DNA from: Candidatus Nanosynbacter sp. BB002
GTDB taxonomy: Bacteria; Patescibacteriota; Saccharimonadia; Saccharimonadales; Saccharimonadaceae
Reading direction: 5' to 3'
Length of the DNA stretch: 32,000 nt
NCBI RefSeq assembly: GCF_037013405.1
Contig: NZ_CP146064.1
Location: 210,001 to 242,000 of the forward strand
The translations under genes and the position numbers were made by a program. The notes beneath the pieces are model-generated. The model was not told the origin of the DNA, made no database searches, and saw only the letters and a list, made by a program, of their open reading frames with translations. This document shows, one piece after another, positions 1 to 7,754 of this stretch (its first letter is position 1; each line of letters starts with the position of its first letter).

Positions 1-357
1 CAAGAGGTGGCGAGGACCGGTGCTCAGGCTATTGGCTATGAGATTAATCCGTTTTTAGTGCTAGCGTCTCGCTGGCGGCTAAGAAAATATGCCAAGAACG
101 TGCGCATCAAATGGACGAATGCGTGGACGACGCAGCCTGCCAAACACATCACGGTGATATACGCGTTTGGTGCAGGGCTGCATTTGAAGAAAATTTATCA
201 ATTGGCTCGGCAACAGGCGACCCACCAGGGTAGACCGTTACGATTGGTCAGTTATGGCTATCGGCTAGATACCACGAAGAACGACCGACTACTGAAAGAA
301 GCTGGTCCGTATTTTCTGTATGAAATACGCCCTGACTTTACAGGAGACAAAGCATAA
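1..357 (+). CDS. class I SAM-dependent methyltransferase-like protein, C-terminal part (5-prime end outside window)
   Basis: Frame 1 is open from base 1 to the TAA at 355-357. AIGYEINPFLVLASRWRLRK...VIYAFG resembles the core of small Rossmann-fold (FAM173/ATPSCKMT-like) methyltransferases. Family assigned from memory only. Confidence 0.45.
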   Translation, partial: QEVARTGAQAIGYEINPFLVLASRWRLRKYAKNVRIKWTNAWTTQPAKHITVIYAFGAGLHLKKIYQLARQQATHQGRPLRLVSYGYRLDTTKNDRLLKEAGPYFLYEIRPDFTGDKA

Positions 358-363
358 GCTATA

Positions 364-1029
364 ATGCAAGATATGAAAAGAAGACAATTTGAACAGGGGT
401 CAATCAACGGCTGGATGGTCGGTACGATTGGTTTTTTGGTGTTAACGTTAATCGCTGGAGCTGTGGCGGCTTGGATGTTCGTGGAGTACACACGAGAGAA
501 GACTGGCGTTGACGCAAAGGTCGCCAGTGCGGTTGCCAAAGGCAAAAATGAGCAGGCAGAGCTTGACCAGAAGCGATTTTCTGAAGAAGCCAAGAATCCG
601 CGCGTTGAGTTTGTTGGGCCAAATGAATTTGGTCGAGTTTCGTTCATGTATCCAAAGACCTGGAGTGCATATGTTGACCAAGACGGTACTGACCGCGGTG
701 ACTACAAAGCGTACCTACATCCGGGCACTGTGCCGCCAGCACGCTCAAACACCAGCCGCTTTGCTGTTCGTTTAGAGGTGTTGAATAGTGACTTTGATAA
801 GGTGCTGAGTCAGTATGCCAACCAGTTGAAGAAGGGTGAATTGACCTCCAGTAGTGTTGAATTTAACGGTAACGCAGCTACTCGCTTGGACGGTGCTTTC
901 TCTAAAGAATTGCGCGGTTCAGTGGTCTTGATGCGAGTGCGAGACAAAACGATTCGTTTCTCTACTGATGCTGACGTCTTCAAGCCAGATTTTCAGGCAG
1001 TTCTCGACACGGTTAAGTTTGTTCAGTAA
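364..1029 (+). CDS. membrane-anchored hypothetical protein (one N-terminal TM helix, soluble C-terminal domain)
   Basis: Long ORF with hydrophobic helix WMVGTIGFLVLTLIAGAVAAWMF. The ATG at 364 overlaps the TATAAT at 360-365, so the ATG at 373 (7 nt after the box) is the more likely leaderless start. Confidence 0.6.
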   Translation: MQDMKRRQFEQGSINGWMVGTIGFLVLTLIAGAVAAWMFVEYTREKTGVDAKVASAVAKGKNEQAELDQKRFSEEAKNPRVEFVGPNEFGRVSFMYPKTWSAYVDQDGTDRGDYKAYLHPGTVPPARSNTSRFAVRLEVLNSDFDKVLSQYANQLKKGELTSSSVEFNGNAATRLDGAFSKELRGSVVLMRVRDKTIRFSTDADVFKPDFQAVLDTVKFVQ

Positions 1030-1038
1030 TACGCCAAT

Positions 1039-1047
1039 TGCTATACT
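1039..1047 (+). promoter_or_regulatory. extended -10 promoter (TGcTATACT), 10 nt upstream of the kinase ATG
   Basis: Read directly: TGCTATACT at 1039-1047, ATG at 1058. Confidence 0.5.
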
Positions 1048-1057
1048 GTAAGTAGGT

Positions 1058-1774
1058 ATGGCGGAGGTAAGATGGAATAATGCTGAATTTGGGCAGCTGC
1101 CAAGTGTAGCAGTGGCTGCCCATGAGTTGAAATCTCCGCTGGCACTCATCAGGCAACTGAGTCTACTACTGGAAGAGGGGCTGCTAGATGCAGCTGAAAC
1201 GCGTCACATTGCTCAGCAACTGTCGAGTATCAGTGATCAGTCGTTGGCGTTGGTACAGGACTTGGCGCAAACGGCTCACTTGTCACCAACGTTATTTCCT
1301 CTGGAGCCCATCAACCCACTGGCGTTGTGTCAGCAAATGGCCATGGAATTACACCCGATGTTGCGTTTGTACGGTCAGTCAATCGACTGGCCGAAAAAAC
1401 AGTCGGCGAAGCATTTGGTGGTGGCAAACAGGGCGTTATTGTCGCGGATTTTAGCTAACTTTTTGAATAATTCGCTCAAATACAGCGAAAAAGATATGCC
1501 CATACGGGTGACAATTCGCCAAATTGGCTCGACGCTGAGGATCTTGATCCGTGACCACGGCCCGATGATGAGCCGTGCGGATTATGCGCGGCTTATCGAT
1601 GAGATGGAGCAGCGAAAATCAGTTCGCACACGCCCTGACAGCAGCGGCTTGGGCGTATACGTGGCGTCGCAATTTGCAAAAGCCATGGGCGGAACTATTG
1701 GTTTGATCAGGCATCGTGATGGGCTGACGTTTTATGTAGAATTACCCATAAGCCAACAGATGAGTTTGCTATGA
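1058..1774 (+). CDS. sensor-less histidine kinase (DHp + HATPase_c only)
   Basis: H-box AAHELKSPLALI at residues about 20-32, N-box LANFLNNSLKYS, G-boxes IRDHGPMM and SSGLGVYV. No TM or sensor domain precedes the H-box. Confidence 0.85.
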   Translation: MAEVRWNNAEFGQLPSVAVAAHELKSPLALIRQLSLLLEEGLLDAAETRHIAQQLSSISDQSLALVQDLAQTAHLSPTLFPLEPINPLALCQQMAMELHPMLRLYGQSIDWPKKQSAKHLVVANRALLSRILANFLNNSLKYSEKDMPIRVTIRQIGSTLRILIRDHGPMMSRADYARLIDEMEQRKSVRTRPDSSGLGVYVASQFAKAMGGTIGLIRHRDGLTFYVELPISQQMSLL

Positions 1775-2130
1775 AAAAAGTGCTGATTATTGAGGACGAT
1801 CCAGTGTGGGCAAAGCTGATACAGCATTATATCTCGGAGGCTGGCGCTGAGTCGCGGATTGTTATTGCTCCGGGGCAGGCACTGGAAATGATTGATGATT
1901 GGCACCCAGATGCGTTGGTTTTGGACATGCTCTTGGCGAGTGAAACGGGCATGGCCCTGCTGAATGAATTGAAAAGTCATGAGGACTTGGCTAATTTGCC
2001 GATCATCGTGTGTAGCAATGTTGGTATCACTCATGACGATATGGAGCCGTTTGGTGTGCGGGCGGTGCTTGATAAATCAACCATGACGCCGGCGCAGGTG
2101 CGACAGGCGTTGACGGAGGTGCTACTATGA
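1771..2130 (+). CDS. stand-alone response regulator receiver domain (CheY-like)
   Basis: KKVLIIEDDP acidic pocket, phospho-acceptor context ALVLDMLL, conserved K in VLDKS. 119 aa with no output domain. ATGA overlap with the kinase stop at 1771-1774. Confidence 0.85.
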   Translation: MKKVLIIEDDPVWAKLIQHYISEAGAESRIVIAPGQALEMIDDWHPDALVLDMLLASETGMALLNELKSHEDLANLPIIVCSNVGITHDDMEPFGVRAVLDKSTMTPAQVRQALTEVLL

Positions 2131-2804
2131 GCCAGAGCGAGCGCTTGCAGGCAATCGTCCTGAGAAGAACTGACTACGGCGAGGCGGATCGAATTTTACA
2201 TCTGTTGACTTCGGCGGGGCGGTGCAACGTGATCGCCAAAGGTGTGCGACGCGAAAAAAGTAAATTGGCAGGCGGTATCGAACTATTTGCGCTGTGCGAC
2301 GTGGTGGTGCGACGCGGGCGCGGCGAGTTGGGGATTTTGACCAGTGCGCAGCTGCAGCAATTTTATCGGCACATTTTGGACAGCTATGAGCGGATGCAAT
2401 TTGGCTATGAGATGTTGAAATTGGTCAATCGAGCGAGCGAGCAGGTCGACGAGCCAGCCTGGTTTTCGGTGGCCCAGCAGGTTTTGGCTCAATTGAATAA
2501 CATGAAGGTTGAGCAGAAATTAATTGAAACTTGGTTCTATTTGCAATACGCTGGGCTATTGGGCGATGAGCTGAACTTGCGCACTGACGTGGCGGCCCAG
2601 ACTTTATCGCCTGACAAAACATATATGTACGACAGCACGGAAAAGGGCTTGCGGCTGGCGGAGCAGGGTGATTTGTCAGCGGACGCCATCAAGCTGCTTC
2701 GGCTCATCCAGGCAAAGCCTCTGGCGAATGTGGCACAAATTGGCGGGATAACTGAGGTAATCAGTGCTTGCTGGCTGGTCGCGCGGCAGCACGCGGCGGT
2801 GTAA
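2127..2804 (+). CDS. recO: DNA repair/recombination mediator RecO
   Basis: N-terminal OB-fold signature AIVLRRTDYGEADRILHLLT...GRCNVIAKGVRREKSKLAGGIELF. ATGA overlap with the receiver stop; GGAGGTG SD upstream. Confidence 0.85.
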   Translation: MSQSERLQAIVLRRTDYGEADRILHLLTSAGRCNVIAKGVRREKSKLAGGIELFALCDVVVRRGRGELGILTSAQLQQFYRHILDSYERMQFGYEMLKLVNRASEQVDEPAWFSVAQQVLAQLNNMKVEQKLIETWFYLQYAGLLGDELNLRTDVAAQTLSPDKTYMYDSTEKGLRLAEQGDLSADAIKLLRLIQAKPLANVAQIGGITEVISACWLVARQHAAV

Positions 2805-2876
2805 TATTGCCCATAAAAATGGTATACTGTAGGTAATAATTGTGAATCGCCATGTTGCCAACATGGAGAAAGGTTT

Positions 2877-4223
2877 TTGATGAGTCAAGCAAAAATGGAA
2901 GATATTATCAGCCTGTGTAAGCGCCGCGGCTTTATTTATCAGGGGTCGGATGTATATGGTGGTCTTTCTGGTACGTGGGATTACGGCCCGCTGGGTGTGC
3001 AGCTGAAGCGTAATATCATGAACCTATGGTGGCGCCGGTTTGTTGACGAGCGTGACGACATGTACGGTGTTGATGCGGCGATTTTGATGAATCAGAAGGT
3101 CTGGCAGGCGAGTGGGCATGTCGATACCTTCGTCGATCCGCTGTGTGAAGACACGGTTAATCACCGACGCTACCGCACCGATCATATTCTCAAGGACAAC
3201 GGCGTTGACGCTGATGGCATGACCATGGAGCAGATGGATGCAGTAATTGCTGAACAAGGCATCAAGAGCCCCGATGGCAATCCGTTGAGTAAATCACGGA
3301 CGTTTAATATGATGTTCAAAACGCATGTTGGTGCGACTGAGAGTGATGACAGTATGTCCTATCTCCGCCCAGAAACTGCTCAGGGAATTTTCACCAATTT
3401 CAAAAACGTCGTCGATAGTTTCTACCCTAATTTGCCGTTTGGTATCGCTCAGCAGGGCAAGGCGTTTCGTAATGAAATTGCACCGCGCGACTTCGTGTTC
3501 CGCTCTCGGGAGTTTGAGCAGATGGAGATTGAATATTTTGTCGACCCTGAACATTGGCAGGAAGCGTTTGACGAGCTACTGGCGTCAACGCATGCGTTTT
3601 TGGTAGAGCTAGGCTTGAGGCCAGAGCACATTCACGAGCTGGACGTGCCGGTGGAGGATCGGGCACACTACAGTAAAAAGACGATCGACATTGAGTACGA
3701 CTATCCAATTGGCCGTGAGGAGTTGATGGGCATCGCCTATCGAACTGATTTTGACCTGATGAACATCCAGCGCGCCAGTGGCAAGAGTATGGAGTACACT
3801 GTCAAGGGAACGAACACAAAATTTGTTCCGCACGTCATCGAGCCGTCGTTTGGTGTCGAGCGAGCGCTGATGGCGGTACTGTCGGGCGCGTACCGTGAGG
3901 ACGAGCAAAACGGTGAAAAGCGGGTGTACTTGGTGTTGCCAGAGCATTTGGCGCCAGTCAAATTTGCCGTGTCGCCGCTACTGAAGAATAAGCCAGAATT
4001 GGTGGAAAAAGCTCGCGAAGTCTACGCGAGCCTCGCCAAAGCCAACCCCGGACGTGTGATGTGGGACGACAACGGTAACATCGGCAAGCGCTACCGCCGC
4101 CAAGACGAAATCGGCACGCCGTACTGCGTAGTCATCGACTTCCAGACGCTGGAGGACGGCACGGTAACGGTGCGTGAGCGGGATACGACGGAGCAGCGGC
4201 GGGTGAAGGTTGAGGAGCTATAG
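2877..4223 (+). CDS. glyQS: glycine--tRNA ligase, dimeric class II type
   Basis: SLCKRRGFIYQGSDVYGGLSGTWDYGPLG, YLRPETAQGIF, FRNEIAPRDFVFRSREFEQMEIEYF, and anticodon-binding C-terminus GKRYRRQDEIGTPYCVVID. The track start is a TTG at 2877. The ATG at 2880 behind SD GGAGAAAGG (2865-2873) is the probable start. A TGGTATACT promoter lies about 55 nt upstream. Confidence 0.95.
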   Translation: MMSQAKMEDIISLCKRRGFIYQGSDVYGGLSGTWDYGPLGVQLKRNIMNLWWRRFVDERDDMYGVDAAILMNQKVWQASGHVDTFVDPLCEDTVNHRRYRTDHILKDNGVDADGMTMEQMDAVIAEQGIKSPDGNPLSKSRTFNMMFKTHVGATESDDSMSYLRPETAQGIFTNFKNVVDSFYPNLPFGIAQQGKAFRNEIAPRDFVFRSREFEQMEIEYFVDPEHWQEAFDELLASTHAFLVELGLRPEHIHELDVPVEDRAHYSKKTIDIEYDYPIGREELMGIAYRTDFDLMNIQRASGKSMEYTVKGTNTKFVPHVIEPSFGVERALMAVLSGAYREDEQNGEKRVYLVLPEHLAPVKFAVSPLLKNKPELVEKAREVYASLAKANPGRVMWDDNGNIGKRYRRQDEIGTPYCVVIDFQTLEDGTVTVRERDTTEQRRVKVEEL

Positions 4224-4267
4224 ATACTAGAGATGAAAAAGTAAATTGGGTTTAAGGAGCTACAATA

Positions 4268-4885
4268 TTGACAAAAAGTAGACCTGAGTTTGATAAAATT
4301 ACATCGTTTGACGAGTTTAATAAATACTATTGGTATCGTGAAGAACTTTCGCAGATATGCAAGTCATTAGGATTAGAATATAAAGGCACAAAACAGGAAC
4401 TCAATCACATTATTGAGCAGTACTTTAAGGGTAATTTGATTAAAAAGTCATCAATAAAAAATGAAAAGAAACGAGTAGAAACTATTACCTTAGATACTCC
4501 ATTACTTGAATGTGGGTTTTCCTTTAACGTAAAATTTAGAGAATATTTCTCCGCCGTAACAGGTATTACACCTTTTAAATTTACTGCTGATATGGCTACT
4601 GCTTGGAGAAAAGTAAAGAGAGAAAATGATTTGAGTTTTACCATTCAAGATATGCTAAAAGTTTATTATGGAGAGTCAGATTATGCCAAGTATGATAATT
4701 CGGCTTGTCAATGGAATCAATTTTTAAAGGATTTTAGTGCAGACGAAAATAGTCGCAACTATTCGAACAAATTAAAAGTAGCTTCTATTCTTTGGAAAGA
4801 AGTTAGAAATTCAAGAAATGAAAAAATTTATTCAAAGAATCTTTTGACTGAATATGCCGGTAAAATAAAAGAGTATCACAATTAG
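4268..4885 (+). CDS. SAP-domain-like hypothetical protein in an AT-rich islet
   Basis: N-terminal helix-extended-helix EELSQICKSLGLEYKGTKQELNHIIEQYF resembles a SAP motif. TTG start 9 nt after AAGGAG (4253-4258). Composition is much more AT-rich than the flanks. Confidence 0.5.
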   Translation: MTKSRPEFDKITSFDEFNKYYWYREELSQICKSLGLEYKGTKQELNHIIEQYFKGNLIKKSSIKNEKKRVETITLDTPLLECGFSFNVKFREYFSAVTGITPFKFTADMATAWRKVKRENDLSFTIQDMLKVYYGESDYAKYDNSACQWNQFLKDFSADENSRNYSNKLKVASILWKEVRNSRNEKIYSKNLLTEYAGKIKEYHN

Positions 4886-5014
4886 GTAATTTAGGTAATT
4901 CCCAACGTGTTAACACCCAATGAGCAGTTAATCATGAATATTGGAAAGACAGAAATATACGGTAGGTGAAATGGTGTCAGCTATCTAGCGCTCAGGTGTA
5001 GTATAATGACTTTC

Positions 5015-5497
5015 ATGTCAAACACTATCAAAGGACATATCATTACGCAGAATTTAGATGGCACAGATCATCTGGATTGTCTGTATCGCATCTCTCTCAA
5101 AGCGCTAATTTACAACGACGTTGGGCAAATTTTGGTCGTCAAAGAAATTGATCGGACGTATTGGGATTTGCCGGGTGGTGGCATGGACTTCGGTGAGACG
5201 ATTGAATCGTCACTGAAACGTGAGCTACACGAAGAAGTTGGCTACAAGGGTGATCTGCGTTATCAACTTTTTGACGCGTCGGATGAGATGTACATTGAGC
5301 GGATTGACGCTAATCAAATCTGTTTTTATTGTCGTGTCTGGCCGGAGAATTTTGACTTTGAGCCAGGTGAAGAGGGCGATGAGGTGATGTTTATTAACCC
5401 AGAGGAATTACTGCTTCAGAAGAGTGAGGTTGACGCGCCAGCTCGAGCGCATGGGGCGCATATGAAATGGCAGGAAATCAGTGGCTGTATGAAATGA
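5015..5497 (+). CDS. NUDIX hydrolase
   Basis: Complete Nudix box GGGMDFGETIESSLKRELHEEVGY (Gx5Ex7REUxEExGU). The track ATG at 5006 lies inside the TATAAT at 5002-5007. The ATG at 5015 is 7 nt past the box. Confidence 0.85.
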   Translation: MSNTIKGHIITQNLDGTDHLDCLYRISLKALIYNDVGQILVVKEIDRTYWDLPGGGMDFGETIESSLKRELHEEVGYKGDLRYQLFDASDEMYIERIDANQICFYCRVWPENFDFEPGEEGDEVMFINPEELLLQKSEVDAPARAHGAHMKWQEISGCMK

Positions 5498-5503
5498 TAT
5501 AAT
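5495..5503 (+). promoter_or_regulatory. extended -10 promoter (TGaTATAAT), 6 nt upstream of the ATG at 5510, overlapping the NUDIX stop codon
   Basis: Read directly; the TGA stop at 5495-5497 forms the TGn of the extended -10. Confidence 0.55.
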
Positions 5504-5509
5504 TACTCC

Positions 5510-6238
5510 ATGATGAGACCGTTTTTACTACTGCAATCGCGCCCTGAGACTGAAGCATCAGATGATGAATATCAAGCATTTTTGAAATTTGGTGGGCTAG
5601 AGGCTGATCAATTGGTGCGGCTGAGGCTAGAACGCGGTGACAAGCCAGCGGTGAATTTGGATGATTATGCTGGGATCATCATGGGCGGCGGTCCGGCTAA
5701 TTTCGCGTATGACGAAGCACAAAAATCGCCCGAGCAGAAGCGATTTGAAAGCTATATTTTGCCGTTGATGCGTCGAATCATTGAGGTAGACGCGCCATTT
5801 TTGGGAGCTTGTTTAGGTGTTGGCGCGGTGGTGACGGCCATGGGTGGACAGATGAGCTTTGACTATCCTGAGGCGGTTGGCGCGGTAGATATTTCTGCAA
5901 CGCCTGACGGCGAGCAAGATGACTTATTTAGAGATTTTCCAGCAGTTTTCCGCGGCTTTGTCGGGCACAAAGAGGGTATAATTAACCCACCAAGCGGTTG
6001 CACGGTACTGGCTCGTTCAAACACTTGTGTGCAAATGCTGCGCGCTGGCAATAATGTTTACGCCACACAATTTCACCCTGAACTTGATGCTGATGGCCTG
6101 GCGTTGCGCATCAATATCTATAAACACGCTGGCTATTTTGCCCCCGAAGAAGCCGACTTATTGATAGCTAACGCCCAGCAGGAAGTTATCACTTGGCCAG
6201 AGTTGGTACTGCGGCGGTTTGTGGAGCGATATCATTAA
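5510..6238 (+). CDS. class I (type 1) glutamine amidotransferase-like protein
   Basis: Nucleophile-elbow context PFLGACLGVG and the His/Glu pair in YATQFHPELD. Size and order match the GATase1 (GuaA N-terminal-like) fold. Confidence 0.75.
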   Translation: MMRPFLLLQSRPETEASDDEYQAFLKFGGLEADQLVRLRLERGDKPAVNLDDYAGIIMGGGPANFAYDEAQKSPEQKRFESYILPLMRRIIEVDAPFLGACLGVGAVVTAMGGQMSFDYPEAVGAVDISATPDGEQDDLFRDFPAVFRGFVGHKEGIINPPSGCTVLARSNTCVQMLRAGNNVYATQFHPELDADGLALRINIYKHAGYFAPEEADLLIANAQQEVITWPELVLRRFVERYH

Positions 6239-6266
6239 AAAAGTAAATCTGAGATATAATAAAATC

Positions 6267-6830
6267 ATGCGTATAATTCGTAGTGTTCAAGCCACAAGGT
6301 TTCGTCATATTGGGGTATTGCTTGTGCTTTTTCTCCTTGGTATGATGGCGATGCGGTTCGCGGCTAGTTATGTGTCGTCGGTTGCCAGTGGTGCGGGGAT
6401 ATTTGATCTTAATTTTGGTAATGATGGTATTTATGTTCACGATAACCTTTTGGCGCTAGGCGACGCTGGTAGAAACGTCTATCTGTACGCTTTTCTACCC
6501 ATTGACACCATTTATGCGGCGATATATGCGGTATTTTATGTCTATACTTTGGCGTTTTTCCTGCGGTGTACTGTGCCCAATTGGTGGAACCATACTCGAT
6601 GGCTGGTATTGCTTCCTGTTCTAGGTGCTATATGTGACTGGTTAGAAAATATGTGTTTTGCTTTCATGCTTATCCAGCCTTCAACATCCGTAAATCTGTT
6701 ATTAGTAACAAGCACTTCGCTACTAACTAAAGCAAAATTTGTCTTGGTGTATTTGTCGTTATCAATTGTGTTAGGGCTAGTACTAGGCTGGTTAGTGTGT
6801 TGTGCTCGTGTCAAGCGACGCCAGGAATAG
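6267..6830 (+). CDS. multi-pass membrane protein, function unknown
   Basis: Several hydrophobic helices (IGVLLVLFLLGMMAM, IYAAIYAVFYVYTLAFFL, WLVLLPVLGAICDWL, FVLVYLSLSIVLGLVLGWLV). TATAAT at 6255-6260 is 6 nt before the ATG at 6267. The track start at 6219 overlaps the previous gene. Confidence 0.6.
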   Translation: MRIIRSVQATRFRHIGVLLVLFLLGMMAMRFAASYVSSVASGAGIFDLNFGNDGIYVHDNLLALGDAGRNVYLYAFLPIDTIYAAIYAVFYVYTLAFFLRCTVPNWWNHTRWLVLLPVLGAICDWLENMCFAFMLIQPSTSVNLLLVTSTSLLTKAKFVLVYLSLSIVLGLVLGWLVCCARVKRRQE

Positions 6831-6878
6831 TAGGTGTTTTAGTTTACATATCGTTAAGCGTACAGCTGGAGCCTTGTG

Positions 6879-6931
6879 TGCTATAATAACCATATACATA
6901 TTATTCTTGGTGGGGATATAGTCAAGCTATG
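6879..6931. repeat. composite duplicated segment: copy of 8797-8832 (SDR promoter plus first 7 codons, ATG mutated to ATA) fused to a copy of 9492-9508 (YvcK-like promoter plus ATG)
   Basis: Direct comparison. 6879-6914 matches 8797-8832 at 35 of 36 positions (A6896 vs G8814). 6915-6931 matches 9492-9508 at 17 of 17. Confidence 0.9.
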
Positions 6932-6939
6932 TATCTAAT

Positions 6940-7536
6940 AAAACCTCGGAGATATCTAGTCAATTTCCACTCTTTATTCTCGAAAGCGAAGATGGTCGGC
7001 GGGCGAATTTTGATATCGAAAAATTGCAGCAGTTATTCTCTGAAGTTGAGCAGCCAACTGAAGAGTCGCGCAAAGTTTATCCTGAGGATATTTTTGACTA
7101 TATTTATGCATCGCTACACAGCCCAAGCTATCGCGAGAAATATAAAGAATTCTTAAAAACTGATTTTCCGCGTGTACCACGACCAGAGTCATGGGCGGAG
7201 TTTTGGCGCAAAGCAGAGTTGGGTGGTCAGCTGCGTTAATTACACTTGATGAAAGCGTCACAAATTGGTGATTATGATACTACTTATCCTGAGATTGGTG
7301 ATAACATAGTGGAAAAAGTAGTGCGTGATAGCAATCGAGTACGTATTAATAAGGATCAGTATTTTGGTAATATTCCAGATTTGGCGTGGGATTTTTACAT
7401 TGGTGGCTATCAGCCAGCGCAAAAGTGGCTCAAAGATAGAAGAGGTCGTACATTGACTGCTAATGATATTGACCACTACCAGCGTATTATCAAAATCCTA
7501 ATAGAAACGTATAGAATAATGAAAGAAATAGGGTAA
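6940..7536 (+). pseudogene. remnant of the C-terminal about 190 aa of a type ISP / type IIG-like restriction-modification enzyme, with an in-frame TAA at 7237-7239
   Basis: Frame 1 reads ...PEDIFDYIYASLHSPSYREKYKEFLKTDFPRVP...LGGQLR*LHL...FGNIPDLAWDFYIGGYQPAQKWLKDRRGRTLTANDIDHYQRIIKILIETYRIMKEI. This is typical of the C-terminal domain of large fused methylase/helicase RM enzymes. The methylase and ATPase parts (over 800 aa) are absent. Confidence 0.6.
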
Positions 7537-7754
7537 ATATGGCAGGATACTTGTCAGATAAACTGCATTTGGCTCAAAATAATCATCTACTATACCAGAG
7601 AAAGAGGAGGTAGTAACGGCTGCGTAGCTTGAAGCAGCGAGCGGGGTAAAATTGGCGCAAGGGAGAAAATAATGCTAGGTAACTTACGAGAGAAGCCCCA
7701 ATGTGGTATAATCTCCCCATATCAACAAAATTACAAAAGGCTAGGTGTATACGG

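Noticed and set aside
258-1149. Antisense and overlapping ORFs (258-647, 404-622, 448-681 and 919-1149 on the minus strand; 509-775 on the plus strand).
   Set aside because: They overlap better-supported + strand genes and have no motifs. They are typical shadow ORFs. The same applies to most short minus-strand ORFs inside glyQS, ftsI, the helicase and the GH1 gene.
6929-7156. 75-aa ORF starting at the duplicated YvcK-like promoter/ATG copy.
   Set aside because: It is read in a different frame from the clearly homologous RM-remnant translation that it overlaps, and its product is low complexity. It is most likely a by-product of the duplication, although the promoter copy could transcribe it.
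7701-7754. Upstream extensions of several genes offered by the ORF track: ATG 7701, TTG 19045, TTG 17228, TTG 22248, TTG 30846 (minus strand), ATG 6219.
   Set aside because: Each extension either contains the gene's own -10 promoter box, uses a rare TTG without SD, or adds residues absent from the recognisable family N-terminus. Downstream ATG/GTG starts fit promoter or SD spacing better.
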